Shown: piece after piece, positions 62,130 to 64,000 of the stretch
Position numbering within the stretch: the stretch's first letter is position 1
How the letters are laid out: each line of letters starts with the position of its first letter
Source of the DNA: Octopus bimaculoides
Lineage: Eukaryota
Direction: 5' to 3'
DNA: 64,000 nucleotides
NCBI RefSeq assembly: GCF_001194135.2
Contig: NC_068983.1
Span: 124,576,246-124,640,245 of the forward strand
Notes under the pieces: generated by a model
What the model was told of the DNA's origin: nothing
Databases searched by the model: none
What the model saw: only the letters and a program-made list of their open reading frames with translations
Program-made: the position numbers and the translations under genes

Positions 62130-62576
62130 TGTATGTAATAGGTCCGGTTTTCTTATAGATTTTTGTAATGTTGCTGTGAGGAGCTGATTATACAAAGTTT
62201 TCTCTACATCATAGATATTTCTTCTCTTGTCCGATGGTACATGCAATATATCGGGTTTACGGAAATGCTTGAAGTCATTTATAAGTGTATGATGAAAGAA
62301 GGTACGAAAATATTCTAAACTTTACTTTTTTTGTAACCATGTTCAGTAGGTCGTTCTGGAAGGCCGCCAATTCTTTGAGTTGTGGTGGTAATTTCCGTGT
62401 GTTAAATCCATATTTAAGATCTGATAAATCTTCATTGTGTTCTTTCTGAAAGTTGTATGCTTTCTAGCACATACGCTTTATTAAATGTTCCGTTTTTGCA
62501 ATAAATTTTTAAGGTGTATCTGTATAGGAGATATTGATATGCTTTTCAATGAATACGGTAGATAATAGTTCTCCAT
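62130..62576 (-). mobile_element. Penelope-like element ORF N-terminus (probably Naiad-type), degenerate
   Basis: My translation from ATG 62576: MENYYLPYSLKSISISP...FIAKTEHLIKRMC*KAY...YGFNTRKLPPQLKELAAFQNDLLNMV..VKFR...VPSDKRRNIYDVEK..YNQLL...ITKIYKK. Not in the ORF track. Confidence 0.75.
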
Positions 62577-62887
62577 GCTGGTGTTAAAGTTTGAGGAGAA
62601 ATCTCAGCGATATAGGCGCCAATTATAGGTTTGGTGATGCAAGCATGTAAATATAACTCAAGACGTGAGAATACACATGTCTGTTTTCTCTCTCTCCGTT
62701 AAAGTTTCTAAAATGGATGGTTTTGTACAATGGTACAACACCTGCTTTGTTTGTTTACATGAAATGTAGGCTCCAGTCCACCGGGTAGCTTTATACTTCT
62801 TCTGCCCAAAAGTGACATTCAAACCAATATTTACATGCTGTTATTTCGAGCTTTATGTATACTTCGAGAACCAAAAGAATGATATAT

Positions 62888-63003
<116 letters not shown>

Positions 63004-63354
63004 AAATATATATTTTATGTACTCTATTCAAGTAATATTTAGACAAAACAACGTTTTTAATGTCCTGCCCTGAGCTAGAGGCAGATGAAGTTTCATAGTT
63101 ACAGATTAGTTATTCAACATTAAAACATCTTAATACGATGTCTAAGCACAAAGTGAGAGTTTGGAGACAATTTACCACACACTCGTTTTATTAAATGTGG
63201 TTTTGATAGCTTTCAATTTACAAAGGTTTTCCAATATTACTGAATTGTTAAGGAGAATGCTTAGCGGCAGTTCGTCTAACCATTTAACACCTTACTACTA
63301 TCAGACTACCTACATTCCTTCTTATTCTCCCTTCTCTTTCTTCTTATTCTTCGT

Positions 63355-63435
63355 CTCCTTCCTCTCCGCCAGCTCCTTCCTCTCCACCAGCTCCTTCCTC
63401 TCCGCCAGCTCCTTCCTCTCCGCCAGCTCCTTCCT
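63355..63435. repeat. 18-bp minisatellite (TTCCTCTCCGCCAGCTCC) x4.5
   Basis: Four full units with one G>A variant. Confidence 0.95.
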
Positions 63436-64000
63436 AACTTTACCACTATTGCTGTTTAGAATAACACCTACGCAATTTTATAAACAAAACATTCAATAGA
63501 GATATTTCAAGAATTCAATCACTACTACCAACCACAACGGGTCATCTTCAGGACACTTGACCATTTAACATACTACTATTATGGCACTCCCGCATTCATT
63601 CATTCATTCATTCATTCATTCTTCTTCTTCTTCTTCTTCTTCTATAATGTTATAAACCCGTACGCAACCTTAGCATTTAGCGCATGTCTTGCTTTTTTAT
63701 GTTGGTTCCCTGACGGTGAATTTATGCGCAATTCCAGTACCTCTTACTTCTTTGGGGTAGAATGCACATATATTTTGAAACATATGTAGGAGTTAAAGGA
63801 ACTTATTGATTATACGCGTTTTGCTCCATTTATTATTATTCTTCATATCTACTCAAAATACATCAGTTTAACATGGTATTTCTACTTATTAACCGGGTAT
63901 GATATCCCAGTTATTGTGTGACTTTTGCAACCCTGGTAAGTATTAACATACTTGCATTATTGAAGTTTTTTCAACAGAGATAATATTAATATATACATAT

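Overview
AT-rich, microsatellite-dense metazoan DNA with about ten N-gaps. The SINE families and microsatellite load point to an octopus genome (inference; no database search was possible). I found no host protein-coding gene, tRNA/rRNA gene or CRISPR array, and almost all long ORFs in the track are artefacts of microsatellites or N-runs. The window is a transposon graveyard. It holds Penelope-like retroelements (PLEs: a Neptune-type RT plus GIY-YIG copy at 1.5-4.4 kb and a probable Naiad-type ORF start at 62 kb), three copies of a Tc1 family with DD36E spacing, and mariner and maT-like (DD38D) remnants. It also has hAT MITEs, Tx1/L1-like ORF1 and ORF2 fragments, a Hero-like RT, several R4/Dong-like fragments all embedded in (TAA)n, a Gypsy fragment and many tRNA-derived SINEs, some nested. 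The most interesting signal is a set of minimal type I hammerhead ribozyme motifs of the PLE/retrozyme kind. Two lie in tandem at 23.9-24.3 kb and one at 32.0 kb. A further pair sits in a near-perfect 176-bp-arm palindrome at 58.0-58.4 kb, and its core carries the compensatory U3:A8 variant (UUGAAAA instead of CUGANGA).
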